A stretch of 36,556 nucleotides of DNA from Candidatus Aminicenantes bacterium (GTDB lineage Bacteria > Acidobacteriota > Aminicenantia > UBA2199), in contig JAUWNT010000002.1 of the NCBI GenBank assembly GCA_030612495.1, forward strand, positions 1 through 36,556, read 5' to 3'. A program made the translations under genes and the position numbers. Below the pieces are notes generated by a model, which searched no databases, was not told the origin of the DNA, and was given only the letters and a program-made list of their open reading frames with translations. The stretch's first letter is position 1; every line of letters starts with the position of its first letter. Below, in pieces: positions 1-10,683 of the stretch.

Positions 1-22
1 TATATAATAAAGGAGGGATAAA

Positions 23-823
23 ATGGTTAGAAATCCAGCAGTTGCAGGTATGTTTTATCCAGGAGATGAGAGAGGTCTTAAAAAAGAATTATCTAAATTT
101 ATTAGTTTTAATGAGAATAAAAAAAGAGTAATTGGGTTAATTTCTCCTCATGCAGGATATGTTTATTCTGGAGGGTGTGCAGGAAAAGGATTTAGTATGG
201 TTGAGATCCCCAATACAGTAATTATACTTGGAGTGAATCATAGGGGAGTTGGATACTCTTTTGCTGTTGATGGGAATGATTCGTGGAAAACACCATTGGG
301 AGATGCTTCTGTAAATATAGAGCTAAGGTCAAAATTGCTTGAAGATTCAGAAATTTTTAGGCTAGATTCTATAGCAGGGAGGGATGAGCATTCTCTTGAA
401 GTTCAGGTGCCATTTATACAATATCAGAATCCTGATGCAAAAATTCTTCCTATTACGATTTCTTCAAACAGTTTTAAGGATTTAAAAACCGGGGGAATAG
501 AAATTGCAAAATTAATGAATTCAAATAAAGATATAATGATAGTTGCTTCAAGTGATATGAGTCATTACATAGATGCTGAAGAAGCAAAGATAATGGATGA
601 TAAAGCCATAGAGGAAATATTAAATCTAAACCCTGAGGGTTTGTTTAAAACTGTGTTTGAAAATAGAATTTCAATGTGCGGTGTATGTCCTGTTGTTATG
701 ATGCTTATAGCTGCAATTGAATCAGGGGCTAAAAAAGCTGAAATCATTGAATATACAAATTCCGGAAAAATAACAGGTGATTTTTCAGAAGTTGTAGCTT
801 ACCTTAGTATGATAATTTATTGA
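23..823 (+). CDS. Memo-like protein (AmmeMemoRadiSam system protein B family), no signal peptide
   Basis: 266-aa ORF preceded by AGGAGG at 11-16. N-terminus VAGMFYPG...LISPHAGYVYSGG and later ASSDMSHY / ISMCG motifs are typical of the Memo/AmmeMemoRadiSam protein B family. Confidence 0.85.
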   Translation: MVRNPAVAGMFYPGDERGLKKELSKFISFNENKKRVIGLISPHAGYVYSGGCAGKGFSMVEIPNTVIILGVNHRGVGYSFAVDGNDSWKTPLGDASVNIELRSKLLEDSEIFRLDSIAGRDEHSLEVQVPFIQYQNPDAKILPITISSNSFKDLKTGGIEIAKLMNSNKDIMIVASSDMSHYIDAEEAKIMDDKAIEEILNLNPEGLFKTVFENRISMCGVCPVVMMLIAAIESGAKKAEIIEYTNSGKITGDFSEVVAYLSMIIY

Positions 824-866
824 TTCTTACTCTAATATAAGCTGGTTTTCTTAATGACATATTCTA

Positions 867-2747
867 ATGTTTTTGGTAAAATATAGAGAAATGATTTATT
901 CAAATATTCTATATTTTATTATTGCAATTTCAGTTTTTTCTGTTGGACCTTTATCTGAGAATATTTTTTCTGTACCGCAAAATTTCGTGAGCATATTACT
1001 GCTTCTCTTTCTCTTCTGGCAATTCAATAAGTTTTCTTTTATGAAATTGAGGATAAATTATAATAAAGAAATAATTGATATAAATCAGGCAAGAAAAGAG
1101 TATTTCCATAAGATAACCATTAATACGATTATTTCGATATTCTTATTTGTGATTGAAATATTTGTTTTTGATTTTAAGAAGCTTTTATATATGACTCCAG
1201 CGTTTGGTAGTATTGAAACTTATATAAATTTAATGGGTCTTGGGTTTTTTATGCTTCATCTTTCATTTGTCTGGTACTGGGCTTTTGAATCAATGGGTAA
1301 AATAGTGCAAAGGGGAGATTCTTCAAAAGGTTTTGTGTGGGCTAATATTAAGTTCAATCTTGTAATTGTAATTCCCTGGTTGATCTTATCATTGATTATT
1401 GATTTAAATAATGTGATTAATTTCCCTTTTAGTCCTGAAATGATGGATTCAGCTCTATTCCAGGTGGTTTTATTTGGGTTGTTCTTGCTTATATTTTCAA
1501 TTTTTGCCCCTGTTCTAATTACTTTTTTGTGGGATTGCAAAGAGTTTTTAGAAACAGAACTTAAACATTCAATTTCAAATTTCTGTAATTCTAATAGAGT
1601 GAAATTTAAAAAAATCATGTCATGGAATGCATTAAATAAAGGATTAATCACAGCAGGTGTCATTGGATTATTTCCTTCTTTTAGGTATCTTTTAATTACT
1701 CCTGGGTTGATGAAATTACTTAATAGGGATGAGATTTTAGCTGTTGTCAGTCATGAAGTGGGCCATGTTAAGAAAAAACATCTTGCCTATTATTTGTTGT
1801 TTTTTGTTGGATTTATTGTGTTGAGCCTTGGAATAACAGATAGGTTAATTAAACTATTTCTTAATACTGAATTTGGATTTAATTCAATAATCAGGGCAGA
1901 TGGTAGTTTGAATACAACTTTAATAAGTTTTTTAATAATTTTTGTTTCCATTTTTATATTTATTGTATATTTCAGATTTATCTTTGGATACTTTATGAGG
2001 AATTTTGAACGCCAGGCAGATCTCTATTGTTTTCAGTCTGGAATTGATCCTGTTCATATGATTTCAGCCTTTACAAAATTAGGATTTCGCACAGGTGATG
2101 ATGAGAAAAAATCAAATTGGCATCATTTTAATATTTCAGAGAGAATTGGTTTTATTAAGAAAAGCATAATAGATCCTGAAATGATAATAAGACATGACAA
2201 AAAGGTCAGAAATTCACTTTTCATTTTTATTGTTATAATGATTGCTTTTACTTTCCTCTCTTTTAATCCATATGCAGGAAAACTGGAAAATAAATTGGAT
2301 TTAAATTTAATGGTAAATGTTATTGAGAATAAGATTGAAAAAGGAGCTGAAAAACCTGAGCTATACAGTCTTTTAGGTATGATCTATTATGAACAGGGGA
2401 AATGGGGTAAATCAAAAATAGCTTATGAGATATCTCTTCAATTGAATTACAATCAACCAGAAGTTTTAAATAACTTTGCATGGTTACTTTTAAAATGTCC
2501 TGATGAGAGACTTTTGAATAAGAAAAAAGCATTAGAATTTGCAAAACATGCTCTTAAATTAAGGGAAGAGGCCTATATTTTAGATACATTAGCAGAAGCA
2601 TATTATGAGAATTCTATGTTTAATGAGGCTTTTATTGCTTCAAAATTTGCTTTGGAAATTGCTAGAAAAAACCGCAAATATTACAAAAAACAATTTGAAA
2701 AGATGAATAAAGCTTATAGATTATTTAAATCAGTTATAAAAATTTAA
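867..2747 (+). CDS. Polytopic membrane M48-family zinc metallopeptidase with C-terminal TPR-like repeats
   Basis: 626-aa ORF with many hydrophobic segments. It has an HEVGH zinc motif (VVSHEVGHVKKKH) followed by the downstream Glu region NFERQAD. The C-terminal ~130 aa is TPR-like (LYSLLGMIYYEQGKWGKS..., LDTLAEAYYENSMFNEA). The start could also be the internal Met at 891. Confidence 0.8.
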   Translation: MFLVKYREMIYSNILYFIIAISVFSVGPLSENIFSVPQNFVSILLLLFLFWQFNKFSFMKLRINYNKEIIDINQARKEYFHKITINTIISIFLFVIEIFVFDFKKLLYMTPAFGSIETYINLMGLGFFMLHLSFVWYWAFESMGKIVQRGDSSKGFVWANIKFNLVIVIPWLILSLIIDLNNVINFPFSPEMMDSALFQVVLFGLFLLIFSIFAPVLITFLWDCKEFLETELKHSISNFCNSNRVKFKKIMSWNALNKGLITAGVIGLFPSFRYLLITPGLMKLLNRDEILAVVSHEVGHVKKKHLAYYLLFFVGFIVLSLGITDRLIKLFLNTEFGFNSIIRADGSLNTTLISFLIIFVSIFIFIVYFRFIFGYFMRNFERQADLYCFQSGIDPVHMISAFTKLGFRTGDDEKKSNWHHFNISERIGFIKKSIIDPEMIIRHDKKVRNSLFIFIVIMIAFTFLSFNPYAGKLENKLDLNLMVNVIENKIEKGAEKPELYSLLGMIYYEQGKWGKSKIAYEISLQLNYNQPEVLNNFAWLLLKCPDERLLNKKKALEFAKHALKLREEAYILDTLAEAYYENSMFNEAFIASKFALEIARKNRKYYKKQFEKMNKAYRLFKSVIKI

Positions 2748-2784
2748 ACAAAGGCATTATGCATAGGGAAAGGAAATTTTTTTG

Positions 2785-4575
2785 TTATTCTAATTCAAGA
2801 GCAGCCAAAAATGCTTGCTGTGGAATATCCACCTTACCAATTCTTTTCATTCTTTTTTTGCCTTTTTTTTGTTTTTCAAGTAGCTTCATTTTTCTTGTAA
2901 TATCTCCTCCGTAACATTTTGCAAGCACATTTTTTCTTAAGGCTTTAACAACAGTTTTTGCAATAACTCTTTTATTTATTGCTGCCTGAATAACAACTTC
3001 AAAGAGCTGTTTCTGAATTACGGATTTCAGTTTGGATGCAAGTTGATTACCCATTGTGTATGCCTTTTCTCTGTGTACAATTAGAGCTAAAGCATCTACA
3101 GGATTTTGATTTATAAGAATATCAAGTTTAACCAAAGGAGATTCTTTATATTCTTTAATTTCATAGTCAAATGAAGCATACCCTTGAGAGATGGATTTTA
3201 GTTTATTGTAAAAGTCATATAAAATTTCCGCAAGTGGAAGTTCATAGGTTAAATATACTCTTTGAGCACTTATATATTCCATTTTTCTATGGATTCCTCT
3301 CCTGTTTTGTAATAATTTTAAGATATTTCCCAAATAGGTTTCAGGAGTAAGAATAATTGCTTCAATATAAGGCTCTTCAATCTTATTTACACTCTGTGGT
3401 GAGGGGAGTTGTGCAGGGGATTCGATTTCAAAGATGTTATTCTTTGTGTCTGTAACCCTATATTTAACCGAAGGAGTTGTGCTAACAATTGAAAGGTTGT
3501 ATTCTCTTTCAAGTCTCTCTTGAATGATTTCTTTGTGTAATAGGCCTAAAAAGCCGCACCTGAAACCTATTCCAAGAGCAGGAGATGATTCTGGTTCGAA
3601 TGAAAGAGAAGAATCATTTAATGTCAATTTTTCAATTCCTTCTCTCAACTCTTCATGGCTTGATCCTTCTCCAGGGTAAAATCCTGCAAAAACCATGGGC
3701 TGAGGTTCTTTAAATCCAGTTAGCGCTCTTACCCTTTCTTCTTTTTCTAAGGTTAAGGTGTCTCCAATTTTTACTTCAGAAATATTTTTTATACTTCCAA
3801 TTAAGTATCCTACTTCTCCAGCAGATAGTTTTGAAAGTGCCAAAGGTTTGGGTGTATGTACACCTAATTCATTGATCTCATGTTTTGTATTGTTTGATAA
3901 AAATTTTATTTTGTCTCCCTTTTTTAGAACCCCATCAATGATCTTTACAAGTATTATCACACCTCTATATGAATCGAACCATGAATCAAATATTAAAGCT
4001 TTTAAAGGTTTTGATGGATCCCCTTTAGGAGGCGGAATCTTTTCAATAATGGAAGGAATGATTTTATCCACACCTTCACCCGTTTTTGCACTTACAAGTA
4101 ATGCTTCTTCTCTTCCTATTCCTATAGCATTTTCCATTTGATTTAGAGATTTTTCTAATTCATTGTTTGGTAAATCAATTTTATTCATTACTGGGATGAG
4201 TACAAGATTATTTTCAATTGCAAGGTATGTATTTGCAACAGTTTGAGCTTCAACACCCTGTGTGCAGTCAATAACAAGCAAAGCACCCTCACAAGCAGCA
4301 AGTGATCTGGAAACTTCGTAGCTAAAATCAATATGACCTGGTGTGTCGATAAGATTTAATATGTATTCATTCCCATTTTCATCTTTATGTAATAATCTCA
4401 CAAAATGAGATTTGATTGTTATTCCTCTCTCTCTTTCAAGATCCATTGAATCAAGGACCTGCTCTTGCATCTCTCTTTTGGGGATAGCATTTGTTATTTC
4501 CAATAGCCTGTCTGATAGGGTTGTTTTCCCATGGTCTATATGAGCAATAATTGAAAAGTTTCTTATATTTTTCAA
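2785..4575 (-). CDS. lepA: Elongation factor 4 (LepA)
   Basis: 596 aa. GTPase motifs [18 protein letters not shown] and NKIDL, full-length LepA architecture, and a basic C-terminal tail. Confidence 0.97.
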   Translation of the reverse strand: MKNIRNFSIIAHIDHGKTTLSDRLLEITNAIPKREMQEQVLDSMDLERERGITIKSHFVRLLHKDENGNEYILNLIDTPGHIDFSYEVSRSLAACEGALLVIDCTQGVEAQTVANTYLAIENNLVLIPVMNKIDLPNNELEKSLNQMENAIGIGREEALLVSAKTGEGVDKIIPSIIEKIPPPKGDPSKPLKALIFDSWFDSYRGVIILVKIIDGVLKKGDKIKFLSNNTKHEINELGVHTPKPLALSKLSAGEVGYLIGSIKNISEVKIGDTLTLEKEERVRALTGFKEPQPMVFAGFYPGEGSSHEELREGIEKLTLNDSSLSFEPESSPALGIGFRCGFLGLLHKEIIQERLEREYNLSIVSTTPSVKYRVTDTKNNIFEIESPAQLPSPQSVNKIEEPYIEAIILTPETYLGNILKLLQNRRGIHRKMEYISAQRVYLTYELPLAEILYDFYNKLKSISQGYASFDYEIKEYKESPLVKLDILINQNPVDALALIVHREKAYTMGNQLASKLKSVIQKQLFEVVIQAAINKRVIAKTVVKALRKNVLAKCYGGDITRKMKLLEKQKKGKKRMKRIGKVDIPQQAFLAALELE

Positions 4576-5642
4576 ATCTTTATTCCTTTAACTGCATACA
4601 TGGGTGAAGCAAATAATATTTTATTTAATTTATCAATATTTGTGTTAAATGCTTTTGCAATCTGATTTTCAGGACAAATTTCTTCTAATTTTTCGTCCTT
4701 TAAATCGTCTGAATATATGACTTTTACATTAGAAAATCCTGAACTTTCAAGCAGGTATCTCATATATTCAGGATGAAGTGGTTTCTGATGAGTAACATCA
4801 AGAAAATAGATGTTACTTAATGCAAATACAGATAAAGGGTTTATTGTTTCAAGGGCTATAGGAGAATTTTTTTTTAAAACTCTAAATGATTCAATAACAA
4901 CTTCTCTTAAATATTCGGGTTTAAAATGTTCAATAACCTGAGATGAGAAAATGCCACCAATTGAGTTATCTTTATTTTGCCTTAAAAATTGGAGTGCTTC
5001 TATTTTTGAACATTTTATGTTTTTTGTTTTTGCTATATTAAGCATTGATTCAGTTATATCTATGCCTTGAGCTTTTTTACCCTCATTTGTCAACAATTCA
5101 ACAAATTCACCTCTTCCACATCCTATATCCAGAATATTATCAGATTTAGAAAAGATTGGAAGATATTTTTTTAATTTTTTCTTTACCTGTTTTTCATCTC
5201 CCCTGAATCTCTTCTCAAAATCAGAATATTGATAAGCAGATAATTCTCCTTTTATCTCTTTTAGATTGTCTAAATCTTTTTTGTCAGTTTTTTTATCTAT
5301 AGAATTTATTAGTTTTTGTAAAGATTTTTCAAGGTTAATAAAATTCATTATAAGGGTCTTTACGTTTGAATATTCTGCTTCAAGTTTCTCGATTTTCCAT
5401 TGTAAGGATTTAAAAACAGTAGTAGAATGATTATTTGAATATGCATCCCATTCTTTGTCCTGGCTTGTAATTAATTCATTAAGATCAGTATATAAATTTG
5501 ATAATTTTTTTTTTATTTCACCTCTTTTTTTATTAAAAAGAGTTCTACTTTCAATTAACTCTCCCAGTTCATTAAGACTTTTTTTTAATTTTTCCTGGTT
5601 TTTTTTTCTCTTTTCTATTAGGTCTTCAATTATCCTTTTCAT
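4572..5642 (-). CDS. Class I SAM-dependent methyltransferase with long N-terminal coiled-coil
   Basis: 356 aa. The N-terminal ~150 aa is heptad-like and K/E/L-rich, followed by [12 protein letters not shown] and motif [12 protein letters not shown]. There is a 4-nt overlap with the lepA start and a 17-nt overlap with the tatA end. Confidence 0.8.
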   Translation of the reverse strand: MKRIIEDLIEKRKKNQEKLKKSLNELGELIESRTLFNKKRGEIKKKLSNLYTDLNELITSQDKEWDAYSNNHSTTVFKSLQWKIEKLEAEYSNVKTLIMNFINLEKSLQKLINSIDKKTDKKDLDNLKEIKGELSAYQYSDFEKRFRGDEKQVKKKLKKYLPIFSKSDNILDIGCGRGEFVELLTNEGKKAQGIDITESMLNIAKTKNIKCSKIEALQFLRQNKDNSIGGIFSSQVIEHFKPEYLREVVIESFRVLKKNSPIALETINPLSVFALSNIYFLDVTHQKPLHPEYMRYLLESSGFSNVKVIYSDDLKDEKLEEICPENQIAKAFNTNIDKLNKILFASPMYAVKGIKI

Positions 5643-5817
5643 TATCTGATTCTTTTTTTTCTTTTTCGTCTTTGTTATCTTTTTTTAAAGAATTTCTAAA
5701 ATTTTTAATACCTTCTCCGAGGCCTTTGCCAAGTCCGGGTAATTTTTTCCCTCCAAAGAGCAAGGCAATTATAAGAAGTACTCCTAATATTTCCCAGAAA
5801 GAAACTGTTCCAAACAT
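5626..5817 (-). CDS. tatA: Twin-arginine translocase subunit TatA/E
   Basis: 63 aa: one N-terminal TM helix (ILGVLLIIALLFGGKKLP), an amphipathic segment (GLGKGLGEGIKNFRNSLK) and an acidic/basic tail. This is the canonical TatA layout. Confidence 0.85.
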   Translation of the reverse strand: MFGTVSFWEILGVLLIIALLFGGKKLPGLGKGLGEGIKNFRNSLKKDNKDEKEKKESDNEKDN

Positions 5818-5864
5818 TTTATCTCCTCAAAGACATTTTATAGTTTTAACATAATTGTGTCAAG

Positions 5865-7691
5865 TTATTCTACTGTTACTGATTTTGCTAAATTTCGAGG
5901 TTTATCTATATTACATCCTCTTTGTTTTGCAATATAATATGCAAATAATTGAAGAGGAACTATATTGAGAATTGGCTGGAGAATGGGGATCGTTTTTGGA
6001 ACAATGATTGAGTCATCTGAGATATCTATGACTTTTTTTGCATCTTTATTTGTTACTGAAATAATCTTTCCATTTCTTGCTTTGATTTGTTGAATGTTAC
6101 TTATCATCTTATCAATAGCTGAATCGTCAGGAGCAATTGCAACTGTTGGAAATTTTTCATCAATTAAAGAAATTGGTCCGTGTTTCATCTCACCCGCAGG
6201 ATAACCTTCAGCATGGATATATGAAATTTCCTTTAGCTTTAATGCACCTTCCATTGCAGTTGGATAATTATAAAGTCTCCCTATATATAAAAAATCCCTG
6301 TATTTTGAATATTTAAGAGCTATCTTTTTTATTTTATCTGCATTATTTAAAATTTCTCTTACCTGGTCTGGAATATTCTTTAGAGCACATATAATCTGGC
6401 TACCTTCATAATAGGATAATCCCTGATATCTTCCAATAAGCAATGCCATAAGAGTCAGTATTACAAGCTGAGATGTATAAATTTTTGTTGATGCAACACC
6501 TATTTCAGGTCCAGCAAAATTGTAAACACCTGCATCTGTAATCTGTGCAATGGATGATCCAACAACATTTACAATTCCAAGAAGAAGAGCTCCCTTTCTT
6601 TTTGCCTCTTTTATTGCAGCAAGTGTATCAGCAGTCTCGCCTGATTGGGAGATTGCAAGAACTCCAATATTCTCATCCAGTTTTAAACGTCTATACCTGA
6701 ATTCTGAAGCAAGTTCGCATTCAACATTTAATTCTGTAACATTTTCAAGTATGTATCTTCCCAATAATCCAGCATAATAACTGGTTCCACATGATACGAT
6801 AATTAATTTTTTTATACTCTTCAGTCTATCAAGAACAGGTATAAGCCCTCCTAATTTTGATACACCCTCATTTTCAATTATTCTTCCTCTAAATGCATTT
6901 TCAATTGTTTCAGGCTGTTCGAATATCTCTTTTAACATAAAGTGTTCATATCCTTTTTTGTCAGTCTTGAAGCTTACTTCATCAAAAGTTTCAATTTCTT
7001 TTTCTAAAATTTCATTTTTGAAATTTTTTATATAATACCCATCGGAGTTAAGAACAGCCATCTCATCATCTCTGAGATGGATCATTTTTTTTGTAAAAGG
7101 TGAAATAGCATTAGAGTCTGAAGCTGCAAAAAATTCATTTTCTCCAATACCAATAATTATTGGACTTCCTCTTTTTGCAACTACTATTTTATGGTCAATA
7201 TCAGAATGAATAACTGCAATTCCAAAGGTTCCGCTTAGTCTTTCTATAGATTTTAGAACTGCATTTTCAAGGTCTTCATTGAAATTTTCTTCAACCAGAT
7301 GAGCTATTACCTCTGTATCAGTTTCAGATAGAAATTTATGACCTTTTTTTATAAGTTCTTCTTTGAGTTCAAGGTAGTTTTCAATAATTCCATTGTGAAC
7401 AACACTTATTTTTCCTGTGCAATCTGTTTGTGGATGAGCATTTATTTCAGATGGTTCACCATGCGTTGCCCATCTTGTATGAGCAATGCCAAACGTTGAG
7501 TTGATCTTTTTCCCTGTTTTTTTCTCTTCTAATTTGATGACCTTACCCTGTGATTTAACAATTACATTCTTTTTGTTATCAATAACTGCAAAACCTGCTG
7601 AGTCATATCCTCTATATTCAAGTCTTTTTAAACCTTCAATCAATATTGGGATAGCTTGCTTATGCCCGCAATAACTTGTTATGCCGCACAT
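5865..7691 (-). CDS. glmS: Glutamine--fructose-6-phosphate aminotransferase (isomerizing)
   Basis: 608 aa. It has the MCGI N-terminal nucleophile Cys, two SIS domains and the conserved C-terminus NLAKSVTVE. Confidence 0.97.
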   Translation of the reverse strand: MCGITSYCGHKQAIPILIEGLKRLEYRGYDSAGFAVIDNKKNVIVKSQGKVIKLEEKKTGKKINSTFGIAHTRWATHGEPSEINAHPQTDCTGKISVVHNGIIENYLELKEELIKKGHKFLSETDTEVIAHLVEENFNEDLENAVLKSIERLSGTFGIAVIHSDIDHKIVVAKRGSPIIIGIGENEFFAASDSNAISPFTKKMIHLRDDEMAVLNSDGYYIKNFKNEILEKEIETFDEVSFKTDKKGYEHFMLKEIFEQPETIENAFRGRIIENEGVSKLGGLIPVLDRLKSIKKLIIVSCGTSYYAGLLGRYILENVTELNVECELASEFRYRRLKLDENIGVLAISQSGETADTLAAIKEAKRKGALLLGIVNVVGSSIAQITDAGVYNFAGPEIGVASTKIYTSQLVILTLMALLIGRYQGLSYYEGSQIICALKNIPDQVREILNNADKIKKIALKYSKYRDFLYIGRLYNYPTAMEGALKLKEISYIHAEGYPAGEMKHGPISLIDEKFPTVAIAPDDSAIDKMISNIQQIKARNGKIISVTNKDAKKVIDISDDSIIVPKTIPILQPILNIVPLQLFAYYIAKQRGCNIDKPRNLAKSVTVE

Positions 7692-7701
7692 ATACTGCTC
7701 C

Positions 7702-9081
7702 TTATTTAAAATGGGTTAATGCTGTTTTACCTAAAGGATATACATTGAACCCAATTTTATATAAATTTTTGTGGTTTAAGATATTTCTACCATCAAAGAT
7801 AAAAGCTGGTTTTTTCATTGAGGAGTAAATTCTTTTAAAATTAAGTTTCTTAAATTCTTCCCACTCTGTTAAAATTGCAATTGCATTTGAATTTTTTGCT
7901 GCTTTGTATGGGTCAATTTCATATTTTACATTAGAATCAATTCCTTTTAAATCTATTTTTGCATTATCAATAGCTTTTGGGTCATATATTGAAACAAAGG
8001 CTCTCTCTTCCAACAATTTTTTTGTTATGTAAATAGCTGGAGATTCTCTTGTATCTCCGGTGTTTGCTTTAAAGGCAAATCCAAAAATAGCAATTTTCTT
8101 TTCAGAGATAGTATTGAACATTTCTTTAACAATCCTATGTACAAATCTTCTTTCCTGGTATTGATTTATTTTTACGATCATTTCCCAGTAATCTGCTACC
8201 TCTTCGAGTCCATAGCTTCTTGCAATATAAACCAGATTGAGAATATCTTTCTTAAAGCACGATCCACCAAATCCAACCCCAGCATTTAAGAATTTAGGAC
8301 CTATTCTTGAATCTTTTCCAACTGCATATGATATCTCTGTGATGTCTGCATCTGTTTTTTCACAAAGAGCTGATATTGAATTTATTGAAGAGATACGTTG
8401 TGCAAGGAATGCATTGGCAACAAGTTTTGAGAGCTCTGAAGACCAGAGGTTTGTTGAGATTATTTTTTCCCGGGGGATCCAGTGGGTGTAAATATCAATG
8501 ATCTCCTGAGCTGATTTTATTCCTTCTTCTGTTTGATGTGATCCAATGAGAATTCTATCAGGTTCAAGTAGATCTTTGATTGCACTTCCTTCTGAAAGAA
8601 ATTCAGGATTTGATATTACTTCAAACTTAATCTTTTTTCTGTTTGATTTAAGGATTCTTTCCAGAGCTTGAGCAGTTCGTACAGGAAGAGTGCTTTTTTC
8701 AACAATGATTTTGTTTCTTTCAGAATATTTTATGATTTCATGAGCTGTTTTTTCCCAGTATTGCAGGTCTGAAGCCATACCTGCTCCTTCTCCAAAGGTT
8801 TTAGTTGGAGTGTTTACAGAAACAAAAATAATATCAGCCTTTTTTATTCCATTTTTAATATCATCCGAAAAAAACAGATTTTTTCCTCTTACCTTTTTTA
8901 CTACTTCCATAAGACCAGGTTCAAATACAGGAAGATTATCAGAATTCCATTCTTTTATTCTATTTTTATTTATATCAACAACATTAATTTTATATTCTGG
9001 GCATTTTAATGCAATAACTGACATTGTAGGACCACCAACATAACCTGCCCCTATACACAGTATGTTTTTTTTAAATTTCAT
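7702..9081 (-). CDS. ugd: UDP-glucose 6-dehydrogenase (long, eukaryote-like form)
   Basis: 459 aa. It has a Rossmann motif GAGYVGGPT and a catalytic Cys motif GFGGSCFKKD. The GGAG-containing RBS is 5' of the start on the minus strand. Confidence 0.93.
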   Translation of the reverse strand: MKFKKNILCIGAGYVGGPTMSVIALKCPEYKINVVDINKNRIKEWNSDNLPVFEPGLMEVVKKVRGKNLFFSDDIKNGIKKADIIFVSVNTPTKTFGEGAGMASDLQYWEKTAHEIIKYSERNKIIVEKSTLPVRTAQALERILKSNRKKIKFEVISNPEFLSEGSAIKDLLEPDRILIGSHQTEEGIKSAQEIIDIYTHWIPREKIISTNLWSSELSKLVANAFLAQRISSINSISALCEKTDADITEISYAVGKDSRIGPKFLNAGVGFGGSCFKKDILNLVYIARSYGLEEVADYWEMIVKINQYQERRFVHRIVKEMFNTISEKKIAIFGFAFKANTGDTRESPAIYITKKLLEERAFVSIYDPKAIDNAKIDLKGIDSNVKYEIDPYKAAKNSNAIAILTEWEEFKKLNFKRIYSSMKKPAFIFDGRNILNHKNLYKIGFNVYPLGKTALTHFK

Positions 9082-9158
9082 TCAATCTCCTTTTATACCC
9101 ATAATAGAAGTATAACATGGATTTATTTTATCATAACATATATTATATTTAAACATAG

Positions 9159-9187
9159 TTGACAGAAAAAAAAATAAGTGTTATTTT
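9159..9187 (+). promoter_or_regulatory. Candidate sigma-70 promoter (TTGACA-17 nt-TATTTT) for the downstream secreted protein gene
   Basis: TTGACA at 9159-9164, a 17-nt spacer and TATTTT at 9182-9187. It lies about 33 nt upstream of the ATG at 9220, with AAGGAGG between. AT-rich background makes chance -10-like hexamers common. Confidence 0.3.
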
Positions 9188-9219
9188 TTTCTGTGTTACT
9201 TTTAAAAGGAGGAATTTTT

Positions 9220-10683
9220 ATGAGGAAAAAGCTTTTTTTAATTTTATTTATTTTTTCTTTTGTTATATTTTTATCAAATTGTACTAAATCTGAAAAGAAG
9301 CTAAATGTAGAAGAGGTTAATATCCTTATAAGCAAAATAAATAATTCGCCCTTTGGTTTGAAATTAAAAGCAGAACCTGAAAATATTATAACTAAACTTG
9401 AGAAAAAGAGAGCAGAAGGTAAAGATAGATACCTTGTTACACTTGTACAACCCTCGGTTATTTTTGATACATCAGTCTATAAATCTATGGATCCAAATTT
9501 AAAACCAACTAAAATTGCAATAGGAATGAAAGAATTGAATCTTATTTATGGACCTTCCGAAGAATATCTCAGTATAGTTTCAATTAAAGGTTTATTGTTT
9601 GATTGGAAGCCTATTAAAATGCTCAAACAGCCTGTAAAAGTCAGAAAGATCAGATCAAAAATAAAAATAAAAGTATCAGTCGAGAATATAGAATTAAAAG
9701 ATTATGATTACAGTTGTTTGTTGAGGAAAGGGTCCAAGGATTTTATTGGAATAATAAGTGATCTCATAAATGATAACCCTTTATCAGAATCTATCGGTAA
9801 TAATATTAAATTTGAAATGGAGTTTCTGGATAAGGATAAAAAAAAGGGAGTATTTGCATGTGAAATAGGGGAAGCAGAGGGAATGAGTAGGGTGAAATCT
9901 GATTTTTTTGTAATTTTCTTAAAAAAGAAGGAGGCAAAATTAAATCTTTCAAATCTACTTTCAGAGGGCTCTTCGATTTTTGAGGTCAAAATGAAGTTAT
10001 CAGATGTTTTCTTTAAAGCAAAAGAAGAAGATAAAGATATTTTTAAAGGTAAGATTGAGAATTCATCATTTTCATACTATTTGAGGCCAGATAATACAAA
10101 GAGCTTTTTTGAATATGGGAATTCATTTTCTATTAAAAATGTTAATGTTTCAGTTCCAGAAAATAAAGGGATAGAACTCGCAACAAAAATAGAGGGATTA
10201 CAAATGGCTTTTTCTATGGAGCATCTGACTCCAGAATTTGTTCAATCCTATCTGGATTTAATAAAGACTGTTATGTCCAAAAAATACTCAGTTGAGAAAG
10301 AGAAACAAAAAGCAGTAGCAGCTCAGGGAATGAAAATTGGCGGTGAATTTATGAAATCAAAACCAATAATAAAGATATCTTTCCCAAAATTTATACATTA
10401 CTTTGGAGAATTAAATGCAAATGCTGAATTTCAATTTTCAACAATAGGTCCTCCACAGGGGAAAGCAATTGTAAGGATCTTTAAGATAGATGAGGTTATA
10501 GAGAGGATAAAATCCGAGAAATTGCTTTCTTCAAAAATAATCCAAGGAATATTAAAGATTTTTAAAGATGCATTTATTAAGGATAAGGAAGATGATGGAG
10601 TTTTAACATTTGAAATAAAAAAAGAGGAACCTGGGGTATTTTACCTGAATAATAAACCATTAAATAGAAAAAATCAGAAATAA
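9220..10683 (+). CDS. Secreted protein or possible lipoprotein of unknown function
   Basis: The ORF track begins at 9178, but the Met at 9220 follows AAGGAGG (9205-9211) and starts a signal peptide, MRKKLFLILFIFSFVIFLSNC. I recognise no conserved catalytic motif. Confidence 0.6.
   Translation: MRKKLFLILFIFSFVIFLSNCTKSEKKLNVEEVNILISKINNSPFGLKLKAEPENIITKLEKKRAEGKDRYLVTLVQPSVIFDTSVYKSMDPNLKPTKIAIGMKELNLIYGPSEEYLSIVSIKGLLFDWKPIKMLKQPVKVRKIRSKIKIKVSVENIELKDYDYSCLLRKGSKDFIGIISDLINDNPLSESIGNNIKFEMEFLDKDKKKGVFACEIGEAEGMSRVKSDFFVIFLKKKEAKLNLSNLLSEGSSIFEVKMKLSDVFFKAKEEDKDIFKGKIENSSFSYYLRPDNTKSFFEYGNSFSIKNVNVSVPENKGIELATKIEGLQMAFSMEHLTPEFVQSYLDLIKTVMSKKYSVEKEKQKAVAAQGMKIGGEFMKSKPIIKISFPKFIHYFGELNANAEFQFSTIGPPQGKAIVRIFKIDEVIERIKSEKLLSSKIIQGILKIFKDAFIKDKEDDGVLTFEIKKEEPGVFYLNNKPLNRKNQK

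Noticed and set aside
1256-1663. ORFs of 60-135 aa antisense to, or out of frame within, long well-supported genes. Examples: 565-747, 1256-1663, 2320-2544, 3758-4141, 6550-6777, 8237-8491, 12147-12530, 18108-18377, 19012-19299, 24451-24786, 26999-27265, 35705-36070.
   Set aside because: All lie fully inside genes with strong family signatures. Their translations are low-complexity (S/F/I/L-rich), as expected for shadow frames in AT-rich DNA, and none has an RBS or a recognisable motif.
2748-2784. Expected intrinsic terminator between the convergent M48 protease and lepA genes.
   Set aside because: No stable GC-containing hairpin is visible in the 37-nt gap, so termination there cannot be supported from sequence.
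7692-7701. Looked for a glmS ribozyme upstream of glmS.
   Set aside because: Only 10 nt separate the glmS start from the ugd stop on the minus strand, which leaves no space for the ribozyme.
9166-9174. A9 homopolymer inside the spacer of the candidate promoter at 9159-9187, and an A11 tract at about 16397-16407, considered as possible slipped-strand phase-variation switches.
   Set aside because: Such tracts are expected frequently in DNA this AT-rich. The lengths are modest, and no population variation can be assessed from a single sequence.
9123-9335. Intergenic or edge ORFs at 9123-9335(-), 10577-10768(-), 24140-24406(+) and 5455-5649(+).
   Set aside because: They overlap promoter regions or the ends of real genes, have no RBS, and give low-complexity or implausible peptides. 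The 9178 start of the ORF at 9178-10683 was likewise replaced by the SD-preceded ATG at 9220.
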